DNA of 64,000 bases from Prevotellaceae bacterium (GTDB lineage: Bacteria > Bacteroidota > Bacteroidia > Bacteroidales > Bacteroidaceae), in the NCBI GenBank assembly GCA_030531085.1, contig JAUNOM010000002.1:11094-75093 (forward strand), given 5' to 3'. Positions 46,352 to 56,500 of this stretch are shown here, piece after piece. A program made the translations under genes and the position numbers. Every line of letters starts with the position of its first letter. Position 1 is the stretch's first letter. Below the pieces are notes generated by a model. That model saw nothing but the letters and a program-made list of their open reading frames with translations. It was not told the DNA's origin and did not search any database.

Positions 46352-49258
46352 ATGGTAACGGACACTATCATATCTGCGCTAACCAACCTTTTTGCTTTAT
46401 TCTGCTCACGGGGTGGAGTGGACAGGAGGATGTCGGCCAAGATGCTTGACAGTTATCTTGGAAGCCATTTCGGAATACGTGGTAAGGAACAATACACCAA
46501 TCTGTACATAGAACTGCGCGAGCTGTACGAGGAGATGCCACAGCTCAACATCGAGGAGATTGTCGATGGAATATGCACAGGGCTGAAATCGTCCATAAGG
46601 CACGAGGAGGGCGCCATGGTATTGCTGCGGCTTATGGAGTTCTGCGCCAAGACTCCGGAGAGCTTTAACGTAGAGGACCCGATCTTCAGACGTGCCGCCC
46701 ACAAGTTAGGTGTGTCAAAGAGTCTCTTTGACGACTTCTCCGACTTTGTGATGGACTATGAGACGCGACACGTAAAGCTATGCAGGTTTACGGGATTCAA
46801 GGCTCCTGTGAAGACATTATGGCTGAAGAGCATGAACCTTCTGATATTCTCATACAACGGAAGCGACATAAGAGGGGTGCTGTTCAACGACGTGCCAATA
46901 GCAAAGGGAATGTACCAGGTGTGGGATACCAGCGGAGTACTGAAAAACAAGTTCGGAAATCCCGTATACTATTCAACGGTACAGGCCCAATATCACACCA
47001 CAGGCAAACGGGGCAGGATACAGTTTTCCGGGCGCGACATTGATTTCCACTTCCCAGGCAGCAGCAACGGGATACACAACTTCTCGTTTGATATGCACGA
47101 TGGAGAACTGATAGCCATCATGGGCGGCAGTGGTTCGGGCAAGACCACACTGGTATCCATACTCAACGGCAGCATCATACCACAGAAGGGAAGCATCACT
47201 ATCAACGGTCACGCAATAGACAAGCCGGAGGCCAGGGCGCTGATAGGATTTGTGCCACAGGACGATATGCTGATAGAGGAGCTGACGGTATACCAGAACC
47301 TGTACTACACAGCGCGGCTATGCTTTGACGGTATGCCGGACGAGGAGATAGACAGCAGGGTGAACAAGACCCTGAAGGACCTCGGACTCTACCAGACACG
47401 CGACCTGAAGGTGGGCTCTCCAATCAAGAAAGTCATATCCGGAGGACAGCGCAAACGCCTGAACATAGCACTGGAGCTGATAAGGGAACCGGCTGTACTG
47501 TTCCTCGACGAGCCCACATCGGGCCTGTCATCAGCCGACACAGAGAATGTAATATCGCTACTGAAGGAGCAGACATACAACGGAAAGCTGATAGTCACAA
47601 ACATACACCAGCCATCGTCTGATGTGTATAAGCTCTTTGACAGACTGTGGCTGCTTGACAAAGGAGGGTTCCCTGTGTACGACGGCAACCCCATCGAGGC
47701 CATAACATACTTCAAGACGGCCGCCAACTACGCCGATGCGGACACCAGCACGTGCCCGACCTGCGGAAATGTGACACCGGAGGTGATACTGAACATCATA
47801 GAGGAGAGGGCACTCGACAACAAGGGACAGGCGACGGAGGAGCGGAAAGTGGAGCCGGAGAGATGGCACGCCATGTACCTTGAGCAAAGGGAGGCGATGG
47901 AAAAGCCGAGACCCTTCACCATACCCGGGACAGAACAGCGGAAGCCTAATGCCTTAAAGCAATGGTGGATATTCATGCGGCGCAACGTCATGTCGAAGAT
48001 AACCAACACGCAGTACCTCGCCATAGCGCTGCTTGAGGCGCCGCTACTGGCGCTGGTGTGCGCAATGCTCACACACTACACGCCGGCAGGAGAGGAGTAC
48101 TCCGTCATGAACAATAAGAATCTCGTGTCCTATCTGTTCATGGCCATAATAGTGGCAACATTCATAGGCATGAGCGGATCGGCAGAGGAGATCATAAAGG
48201 ACCGCGCACTGCTGAAGAGGGAGAGGTTCCTACAACTGTCATACCATAGCTATATATGGTCAAAGATAATACTGATGGCAATGGTGTCAATGGTGCAGAC
48301 AATGCTGTTTCTCGCTGTCGGCAACAGCATAATGGGCCTGACAGACCAGATAATGATGTGGTGGGGAATACTGCTTGTCACCGCCATTCTGGCCAGCCTT
48401 ACGGGACTGATACTGTCGCAGAGCCTCAACTCGGTAGTGTCCATATACATCACCATACCTATACTGCTCATACCACAGATACTACTGTGCGGACTGGTAG
48501 TAAACTTCAGTGACCTCACACCGGGAAGCACCACAGGCAACGTGCCACCCGCAGGCAACATAATACCCTCACGGTGGGCATACGAGGCGCTTGCTGTGAC
48601 AAGCTATGCGGACAATGTATATGAGAAGGAGCTCTTTCCGTTTGACAAGACGAACTATGAGACGCAGTATTACCGCCACGGCTTCATATACAAGCTACAG
48701 TCAGCCAACGAGACCATGAGGCAGGAGCGGCAGCGTGGCAACACGGCAGGAGTGCAGGAGCAGATGGAACTGCTAAGGAACGAGGTGCATTATTTAGCCG
48801 AGGTGTGCAGTATGGCACCGTACAGCGGAGGATATGACCACGCCTCACTGCACCAGTGGCTGGACAACGCGGAGCTATACATGAGCAGGAAAGGCAACAA
48901 GGCGGCACTGGACGCGGACAGACTGACACAGAGGAGGATAAAGGAGACAGGAGCGAAGGAACTGCTGAAGCTGAAACGCGACAACCACAACCTGCAGTTA
49001 CAGTCACAGCTGGCCGGCATGGACGCGAGGGAAATATGCGAGGTGGTGGGCGGACACATAGTACCGAGGGCCGGATTTGTATACCTGACCCCACGCAGCA
49101 CCAACGGTAACGCTCCGTTCTACAGCAGTGAGAAGCGGCTGGGCACCCTGACCATACCCACACTGTGGTTCAACATGGCGGTAATGCTGACAATGTGCAT
49201 AATCACCACACTGATGCTGCTGATGGACATACCTGGGAAATACATCAGAAGTCACTAA
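46352..49258 (+). CDS. ABCG/White-type fused ABC transporter (N-terminal helical domain, NBD, ABC2 TMD)
   Basis: GGSGSGKTT, FVPQDD, ISGGQRKRLNIALEL, LFLDEPTSGL, IHQPS; TMD EIIKDRALLKRE, PSRWAYEAL; -7 box TACCTTTG at 46301. Confidence 0.88.
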   Translation: MVTDTIISALTNLFALFCSRGGVDRRMSAKMLDSYLGSHFGIRGKEQYTNLYIELRELYEEMPQLNIEEIVDGICTGLKSSIRHEEGAMVLLRLMEFCAKTPESFNVEDPIFRRAAHKLGVSKSLFDDFSDFVMDYETRHVKLCRFTGFKAPVKTLWLKSMNLLIFSYNGSDIRGVLFNDVPIAKGMYQVWDTSGVLKNKFGNPVYYSTVQAQYHTTGKRGRIQFSGRDIDFHFPGSSNGIHNFSFDMHDGELIAIMGGSGSGKTTLVSILNGSIIPQKGSITINGHAIDKPEARALIGFVPQDDMLIEELTVYQNLYYTARLCFDGMPDEEIDSRVNKTLKDLGLYQTRDLKVGSPIKKVISGGQRKRLNIALELIREPAVLFLDEPTSGLSSADTENVISLLKEQTYNGKLIVTNIHQPSSDVYKLFDRLWLLDKGGFPVYDGNPIEAITYFKTAANYADADTSTCPTCGNVTPEVILNIIEERALDNKGQATEERKVEPERWHAMYLEQREAMEKPRPFTIPGTEQRKPNALKQWWIFMRRNVMSKITNTQYLAIALLEAPLLALVCAMLTHYTPAGEEYSVMNNKNLVSYLFMAIIVATFIGMSGSAEEIIKDRALLKRERFLQLSYHSYIWSKIILMAMVSMVQTMLFLAVGNSIMGLTDQIMMWWGILLVTAILASLTGLILSQSLNSVVSIYITIPILLIPQILLCGLVVNFSDLTPGSTTGNVPPAGNIIPSRWAYEALAVTSYADNVYEKELFPFDKTNYETQYYRHGFIYKLQSANETMRQERQRGNTAGVQEQMELLRNEVHYLAEVCSMAPYSGGYDHASLHQWLDNAELYMSRKGNKAALDADRLTQRRIKETGAKELLKLKRDNHNLQLQSQLAGMDAREICEVVGGHIVPRAGFVYLTPRSTNGNAPFYSSEKRLGTLTIPTLWFNMAVMLTMCIITTLMLLMDIPGKYIRSH

Positions 49259-49299
49259 ATTAATATCATCAACCATAAACAATAACCAAACAAAAAACT

Positions 49300-50115
49300 A
49301 TGCTTATGAAAAAAATCACATTCATTGCGGCTGCCGCAGCAGCCATCGTTCTCGCCTCATGCGGCGGTGGAAAACAGGCAGAGACCACTCCCGAGACCAA
49401 TGACAGCATCACATTCGAGCAGTCACAGATTGAGGAGAAGATCATGACAGAGCTTGACTCTATCGCCGACATCTACACTAAGCTGGCTCCGGTAGAGGGA
49501 GTGTTCGCCAATGGCAGCATACAGCTTTCAGAAGACGAGGCAAAAGTCAAGCCGACATACCTCTATGACATCAAGCAACTTGACAACCTGCAGCTGATAT
49601 CACAGAAATACCGCGCACTCGGCATACTGTCTGTAGACGCGCAGGTGGCAGAACTATACAAGATGGACACTGACGCATACAAGGCTGCCATAGCAAAACT
49701 GGCAACGGACGTGAACGATCCGGCCATCAAGTACAACGAGAAGCCGACGGCAGAGGATGTGAAGGCCATATACACCGCAGAGAAGGAGAATGGCCGCATC
49801 AACCTGTTCTGGGAGGCCGCCGCAGCAGGTATCGTGGAGAACCTGTTTGTACTGTCACAGAATATTGACAAGTTCCTGCCGGCATTCAACGACCAGTCTG
49901 CATCAGACATGACATACCACATAGCACTGCTGAAGCTGTCACTTGATGACCTTGCCACATACGACACCAACATCAAGGAACTTGTGGAGACCCTGGCTCC
50001 GCTAAACGAGCTTAACGCCATCAATGTGCAGCAGCTGAAGGAACAGCTGACAAAGATGAAGCCGCAGATAGAGGCCGCACGCACAAAGATTATCCAGACC
50101 AGCGCGGCTGAATAA
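49300..50115 (+). CDS. Predicted alpha-helical lipoprotein, co-oriented with the ABCG-type transporter
   Basis: Lipobox LASC; 41 bp after the ABC gene; followed by a terminator. Confidence 0.78.
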   Translation: MLMKKITFIAAAAAAIVLASCGGGKQAETTPETNDSITFEQSQIEEKIMTELDSIADIYTKLAPVEGVFANGSIQLSEDEAKVKPTYLYDIKQLDNLQLISQKYRALGILSVDAQVAELYKMDTDAYKAAIAKLATDVNDPAIKYNEKPTAEDVKAIYTAEKENGRINLFWEAAAAGIVENLFVLSQNIDKFLPAFNDQSASDMTYHIALLKLSLDDLATYDTNIKELVETLAPLNELNAINVQQLKEQLTKMKPQIEAARTKIIQTSAAE

Positions 50116-50171
50116 GAAATAGGAAAACGTCATGAGTGGACTGGTGTCCACATACAGACACAGGCATACGG

Positions 50172-50215
50172 GTCACCCCCACCGCTACAAAACAGAGCGG
50201 CGGGGGTGACTTTTT
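50172..50215 (+). terminator. Intrinsic terminator
   Basis: GTCACCCCC.CCGCT / AGCGG.GGGGGTGAC followed by TTTTT. Confidence 0.8.
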
Positions 50216-50282
50216 ACTTGTGGCGGATAAATCACAATTATATTTTCTTGGCCGTTTCAGTAAAAATATGTAACTTTGCGGC

Positions 50283-50987
50283 ATGATTGACGTTAAGAAT
50301 ATAACTAAGTCCTTTGGCACACTACAAGTTCTGAAGGGCATAGACCTGCATATAGAGCAAGGGGAGGTGGTGAGCATCGTTGGTCCAAGTGGCGCAGGAA
50401 AGACCACACTGTTACAGATAATGGGCACTTTGGACAAGGCTGACAGCGGCACAATAGAGATAAACGGTGTAAATGTCAGCGCACTGTCCACCAACAAACT
50501 TGCAGACTACCGCAACCATAACATCGGGTTCATATTCCAGTTCCACCAGCTGCTGCCGGAATTTACCGCAGAGGAGAACATACTGCTGCCGGCACTCATC
50601 GCGGGGACACGCCGCAGCGAGGCCAAGGAGAGGGCAAGGGAGTTGCTGGCATTCCTCGGCATGGAGGAGCGTGCGCACCATAAGCCGGCGGAACTGTCCG
50701 GAGGAGAGAAGCAGCGCATAGCTGTTGCACGCGCACTGATAAACAATCCCACGGTGGTGTTTGCCGACGAGCCGTCCGGTTCGCTGGACACGAAGAACAA
50801 GCAGGAGCTGCATCAGCTGTTCTTTGACCTTAGAGAAAAGTATGGCCAGACATTCGTCATAGTGACACATGATGAGGAGCTGGCACGCATAACAGACCGT
50901 ACCATACACATTGTCGACGGAGTGATAGTGCAGGAGGAGACCTGTGGCGACACATCCGCAGAACAAGTAACACTAACAGAAGAATAA
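50283..50987 (+). CDS. lolD: LolD-like ABC ATP-binding protein
   Basis: [44 protein letters not shown]. Confidence 0.8.
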   Translation: MIDVKNITKSFGTLQVLKGIDLHIEQGEVVSIVGPSGAGKTTLLQIMGTLDKADSGTIEINGVNVSALSTNKLADYRNHNIGFIFQFHQLLPEFTAEENILLPALIAGTRRSEAKERARELLAFLGMEERAHHKPAELSGGEKQRIAVARALINNPTVVFADEPSGSLDTKNKQELHQLFFDLREKYGQTFVIVTHDEELARITDRTIHIVDGVIVQEETCGDTSAEQVTLTEE

Positions 50988-50990
50988 AAG

Positions 50991-51857
50991 ATGAAACTAC
51001 AACTTGGAAAAAAGAATACACTAAAAGCCGCATGGCGCGTGGACTTTGGTATGTACCTTGAGGGCGGAGGCTATGAAGGGAAGATACTGCTGCCTGAACG
51101 CTACGTTCCGGAGGACCTGCAGATAGGCGATGAGATTGAGGTGTTCCTGTATCTGGACAACGAGGAGCGGCTTGTGGCAACGACACTGGAGCCGAAAGCC
51201 ATGGTGGGTGAGTTCGCATACCTTGAGGTGGCATGGGTGAATGAGTACGGGGCATTTCTGGACTGGGGACTGATGAAGGACCTGTTCTGCCCGTTCCGTG
51301 AGCAGAAAAGACGCATGGAGAAGGGACGCTCGTACATCGTTCATGTGCATATCGATGAGGACAGCTACCGCATCATGGCCTCTGCAAAGGTTGAGAAGTT
51401 CCTGATACGCACCACCACAGGCAGTGACGGCACACCGGGAGAGCCCATACCATACAAGCCCGACGACGAGGTGGACCTGCTGATATGGCAGAAGACGGAC
51501 CTGGGCTTCAAGGTAATCATAGACAACGCATACGCCGGACTGCTCTATGACACACAGATATTCCGCAACATCCACACGGGAGACAGGATGAAGGGATATA
51601 TCTCAAACGTGCGCAAGGACGGGAAGATTGACGTGAAGCTGCAGAAGACTGGCCACGTCCACACCACTGACTTTGCAGAACAGCTGCTGAGATACCTGCA
51701 GACGCAAGGCGGCCGCTGCCGACTGGGCGACAAGAGCGACGCAGAAGAGATAAAGGAGCAGTTTGGAGTGAGCAAGCGCACATACAAACAAGCCATTGGA
51801 GACCTGTACAAACGCAGGCTGATAACTATAACCGAGAATGGCATAGAGCTGTGCTAA
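50991..51857 (+). CDS. cvfB: CvfB/YitL family S1 RNA-binding protein
   Basis: GAFLDWGLMKDLFCPFREQ; C-terminal wHTH FGVSKRTYKQAIGDLYK. Confidence 0.88.
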   Translation: MKLQLGKKNTLKAAWRVDFGMYLEGGGYEGKILLPERYVPEDLQIGDEIEVFLYLDNEERLVATTLEPKAMVGEFAYLEVAWVNEYGAFLDWGLMKDLFCPFREQKRRMEKGRSYIVHVHIDEDSYRIMASAKVEKFLIRTTTGSDGTPGEPIPYKPDDEVDLLIWQKTDLGFKVIIDNAYAGLLYDTQIFRNIHTGDRMKGYISNVRKDGKIDVKLQKTGHVHTTDFAEQLLRYLQTQGGRCRLGDKSDAEEIKEQFGVSKRTYKQAIGDLYKRRLITITENGIELC

Positions 51858-51907
51858 GCGCCGAAACGGCGTGGACTACGTACATACACAGACTGAAACA
51901 TAAGGCA

Positions 51908-51949
51908 AGAGGAGTCCTGAAAGTTCAACATCACTTTCAGGACTCCTCT
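51908..51949. terminator. Bidirectional terminator between convergent genes
   Basis: Perfect 17-bp stem AGAGGAGTCCTGAAAGT / ACTTTCAGGACTCCTCT. Confidence 0.8.
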
Positions 51950-51968
51950 ATTTATATCATGTCACACC

Positions 51969-53558
51969 TTATTCTATATACAGGAAGTTAATGGAATGCG
52001 GTGGAAGAATGACGCTGCCATCCTTCAGGCTGTACTGCCTCTCCTGCGGAGTAACCCTGTTCTCACTGCCAATGTCGTTATAGTCATCGGTAGAGGAGCC
52101 TTGCAGTATGACACCCTTGACCTTCTTTCCCTTAAAGGACGGAAGCACCTTGAGGTCAAGACGTACACTCCTACCCTTCTGAGGGTCTTTGTTAACGATG
52201 GCGTACACATAGCGTGTACCGGCCGAATTGGATGTCAGTATACCGTCAATGACAGGAGTACGCTGTTCCTTCTCTGTCAGATTCTCTGATGTAACGGCTA
52301 CAGGCACTATCCAGTCTTCAAGAAGATTAGTGTACATACTGAAGGTATGGAATGTGGTACGCTTGACTATGCCATTGGGATGAACGAAGATGGCGCCGCG
52401 TGTATTCACAATAGGTGAGAAGCAGGCTATCTCCACATCGGCAGAATTGCGCAGGCAGGTATTCAGGAAACAGGCGGAGAACAAGGCATCAGCCATCGTA
52501 TATGTAGAGTTCTCATCGTTCTTGTTGCGCGCCTCGATTTCAAAGCCCTTGCGAAGGTCACCATGCCATGGATGATGCCAGTAACGTAAGTTCCACTCAT
52601 CAAAGGCTATCTTTATCTTACCTCGCAGTCCTGCCTCCTCCAAAATCTTGACAGTCTCAAGGATTTCACGCTCAGGACGGCCCGTCTGCATCATACAGTC
52701 CATATATGGGGACGGCGTATTGTAATGATAAAGAGGACGCGGGTCGTAATAGCCATGCAGAGAGATATAGTCAAGATGCCTGCCGGCAGCCTTGAGCAGA
52801 GGCAGGGTCCAGGCGCGATCCGCACGGCCTGCGGCAAAGAGCTTTGCGTCACGTGTCACGCTTCTTATGAGCTTTGCAGACTCACAGACCAGCGGTCCCC
52901 AGTCCTTCACAGTCTTGGCACCAAGCTCCCAGTCTCCATAGTTCTCGTTGCCGACACTCCAGTATTTCACATTATACGGCTGCTCGTGACCGTTAGCCAT
53001 ACGCATACGGCCATACTTGCCGATGGACAGATTGCAGTACTCCACCCAATCACTCATCTCCTCTGGAGTACCTGTGCCGGCATTAGTACAGATATACGGC
53101 TCCGTACCAACCTTGCGGCACCATTTTATATACTCGTCAGTACCGAAAGTGTTCGGGTCCTCAACCTGCCAGCTCTTGTCATACACAGGAGTGCGCTTGT
53201 CCCCCACTCCGTCCAGCCAGTGGTATGTGGAGACAAAGCAGCCGCCGGGCCACCTCACGATAGGTGTCTTTATCTCCTTCAACGCGGCGATGACATCACT
53301 GCGGAAGCCATCCGCATCCGCAAATCGGGAGCCGGGATCATATATACCACCATATATCTGGGTATGGAAATGCTCTATGAACTGACCGAATATCATGTGG
53401 TTGTACTGTATTCTCGGCGCATCGCTGACAGCAGTTATGCCGTTGCCCACAGCACCATCGCTGGCAGACGATGCGGCAGAGAATACAGACATGGCACAAT
53501 AAAGGCCAAATTTCTTAACGCTAATATTCATATCACAGAAAAAATGTTTTGTTTTCAA
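51969..53558 (-). CDS. GH51 alpha-L-arabinofuranosidase
   Basis: FGQFIEH, RWPGGCF, WSVGNE (acid/base), AFDEWN (nucleophile). Confidence 0.92.
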   Translation of the reverse strand: MKTKHFFCDMNISVKKFGLYCAMSVFSAASSASDGAVGNGITAVSDAPRIQYNHMIFGQFIEHFHTQIYGGIYDPGSRFADADGFRSDVIAALKEIKTPIVRWPGGCFVSTYHWLDGVGDKRTPVYDKSWQVEDPNTFGTDEYIKWCRKVGTEPYICTNAGTGTPEEMSDWVEYCNLSIGKYGRMRMANGHEQPYNVKYWSVGNENYGDWELGAKTVKDWGPLVCESAKLIRSVTRDAKLFAAGRADRAWTLPLLKAAGRHLDYISLHGYYDPRPLYHYNTPSPYMDCMMQTGRPEREILETVKILEEAGLRGKIKIAFDEWNLRYWHHPWHGDLRKGFEIEARNKNDENSTYTMADALFSACFLNTCLRNSADVEIACFSPIVNTRGAIFVHPNGIVKRTTFHTFSMYTNLLEDWIVPVAVTSENLTEKEQRTPVIDGILTSNSAGTRYVYAIVNKDPQKGRSVRLDLKVLPSFKGKKVKGVILQGSSTDDYNDIGSENRVTPQERQYSLKDGSVILPPHSINFLYIE

Positions 53559-53575
53559 TCATATTCTGATTATAC

Positions 53576-56500
53576 TCATCTTGCCATGACCTTTCCATTC
53601 AATATGTACAGGCCACTTGCAGGCACTGCATCCAGTCTGCGGCCGAACAGGTCGTATATGGTATCAGTGGTATCAGCCTTCTTCTCGCGCACCACTGCTG
53701 CGGCCGTCACGTCCGCACCATGGTATGTCAGTGTGAAGTTGTCGAACACAAGCCATGTGGTACCGGCCGTAGGCTCCTTGATACCTAATGTCATGGTGCC
53801 GTCCGTCACATCAACTGCCACAGACAGGCGTCCGTACTCGGCATTGGCCAGCATCCTGTCACGCTCCGCATCGAAGTTGCTGCCCACACAGCTCTGCTTA
53901 ACCACATCCGTGTCCTCGCTGTCTCCGGACTTGGCGTACAGCATGGCGGTGTTGGCACCGTCACCGTTTGCCATCTGGCAGGTCACGGTATAATGTCCGT
54001 CAGGCAGACCTGTCAATGTCTGTGTGAGGTCAAAGTCTGTGCTGTGCCATACCTCTGCCGCGCCGTTGTATCTCTGGTTGCCCCAGCGGCCCAGCAGCTG
54101 CCATCCGAAACCGTTGCCTATGAACTCGGGATTGACAAGAAGTGCCGTGGCGTTAACAGGTGCATCGGCCGTGGCCGCAGCCAGGAACTCCTTATGGAGC
54201 CTTTCCCTCTCAATGGCGAATATCTGCAAACGTGCGATGTCGTCACCGCTCTTGTCGCATCCTATCTCCTCTCCGTCACGGTATCCGTTGGCAGGAGTCC
54301 ACAATCCAAGCCAGTTGCCGGGATACTTGCCATTCTCCACTGTCCATGCGCCGTTCTCGTTGTTCAGCAGCAGGCGTGTCCACTCACAGGCGAACGGCTG
54401 GTCGTGCGTGCGCATCTGGTCCGGCCTGTCCCACTCTGTCTGTAACAGCAGTCCGTCATAGTCTATGTTACGCATACAGAAGGCATCGCCGTAAGGCTCT
54501 ATCATGAACACCTTGGCGAGGTTCTCAACAGGGTTCTGCGGTGCCTGGAAGAACAGGGCCTTGTTTCCGTTGTGCGGAGCGTTCTTCAGTTCAACAAGCA
54601 AATCCGCATCGTCACTGGTAAGAACGAAGTAGTGTGTGCCTGCCTTCTCCGTAAGCTCTTCCGTAGATGACACGATGGAATAGCCATTGTCCGCGGTCAG
54701 CATATTATAATAGGTGAAGCCCTCCGTCTGCTTCAGGTCTATATTATATGTATAGGTCAGCGCTCCTGCGAACAGGGAGTTATAGCTAACCTTCACCTCC
54801 ATGCTCTCCGTAACATTCTCCACGGTATATGTAGTGCCGTGTGAGCCGTCGGGCCATGTGATATTCTCGGCAGAATCGTATGAGGGGATAGCCAGCTCCA
54901 TAGTCACATTGCCTCCCTTAAGCACAGTGATATCGCTTGCCGGCTTACCGGAGACGGACGGTGTTGCGGCCGTTCCGATATACTGCATCGCAGGCACCAC
55001 GTTGATATTGAACACGACCTGGCTCACCGCACCGCTCTGGTTGGCGTACTGGCAGGTATAGGAGCGTGAAGTCGTTATGTCACTTACGGTTATAGAACCG
55101 CCCTTTGCGCCATTATCCCAAAGGTAGTCGTCCGTCCAGCCTGTAACGGGAGAGGCTGACAGGGTGACGCTGCTGCCGCTCAGCACGGTAGCCTCCGTGG
55201 TCTGCTCCGCAGCACCGCCAGCGGTAATCTGGCTTGTCATCATATCAGGTGCGGCGTCACCGGCCACCGCGATGGCGAACGCCTGGCGGCTCTGCGTGCC
55301 GTTCTCTGCTGTATATGTCACACGATAGATATAGCTGCGGTCAGCCTTCACCGTGATGTTACGTGTTGTCTCGCCGGTGCTCCACAGCCAGTTGCCCGTA
55401 TCCGTGGTTCCCTCGGGCAGCTGCGGCATCAAGGTTATGGCAGCGCCATCGGCAGGGATGGCCTTTGTGGTGCAGGCATTATAGTTATACTTCAGTCCTC
55501 CGAGGTTGGTCTGGTTCTTCAGCACCTCGCCGTTATACTCTATATCACCGCTCAACGGCGTTATGGCCTGCGCCTTGTCTATGGCCGGGCGCCAGCCTGT
55601 GAGGGTGGAGAAGCCGAGATGGTCAAAGCCTCCGGAGTTCTGACTGTAGTTGCCGCCGCCACCATCAGGACAAACCTGCGCACTGGCAGCCTCGGCATAC
55701 GGCATCTTCACGCCGCGCAAGCCCTGATAATAGCCCAGCAGTCTGTCCCAATAGGGACGGAACTCACCGGCACCGCCGGTGTTTGGGCCGCCCATCTTCC
55801 ATGCCTCGCCCACTGTTCCGCGGCAGTCGGCATACTCATACTCTGTCCATGGCAGCGAGGTGGCATCCACTCCGCCGAAGTTCATGGCGGCCACGAACTC
55901 CGCGCCGGCCGCTATGCGGTCATTCATATATGCAAACAGGTCATCGCCCTGGTTCAGGCCTACCTGACAGATGTCTATAGCCAGTCCGAGAGCCATCAGC
56001 GAGTGGCCCTGGTCACGGCCAGACTCCTGCATCTGTCCGAGGTAACCAAGGGCGCCGCGCTTGTCGGCGTGCACCACAGGCACAAGGTTTCCGATGAACT
56101 CATCACAGCCATCGTTATATATAAGGCGCTCGTTTGAACGGTCCTTGAACGTACCCACATGGTCATACTTATAGAAAGACATTCCCTGATTGTACATATG
56201 CACATCATCACAGAGTATGCCGATGCTCATAACACACAGGGCATTGCACAGTCCCCAGTTACTCCAGTAGTGGCCCGGACGCTCGCCGAGGGTGGAATAT
56301 CTGAAGTTGGCCCATGTGTCATGCCTGCGGCGCAGGAAGTCTATGGCAGGATTGTAGAATACTTTTACTATCCATCTCTTGAACTCCTCAAAGTCCTCAC
56401 GGCTCCAGCCGTCATAGTCACGCATCAGCTCCGCAGCGTTGGCGAACTCATGGCCGTAGATGCCTGCCGCCAGCGACACGTTGGTGTCTCCGCCCAGTGC

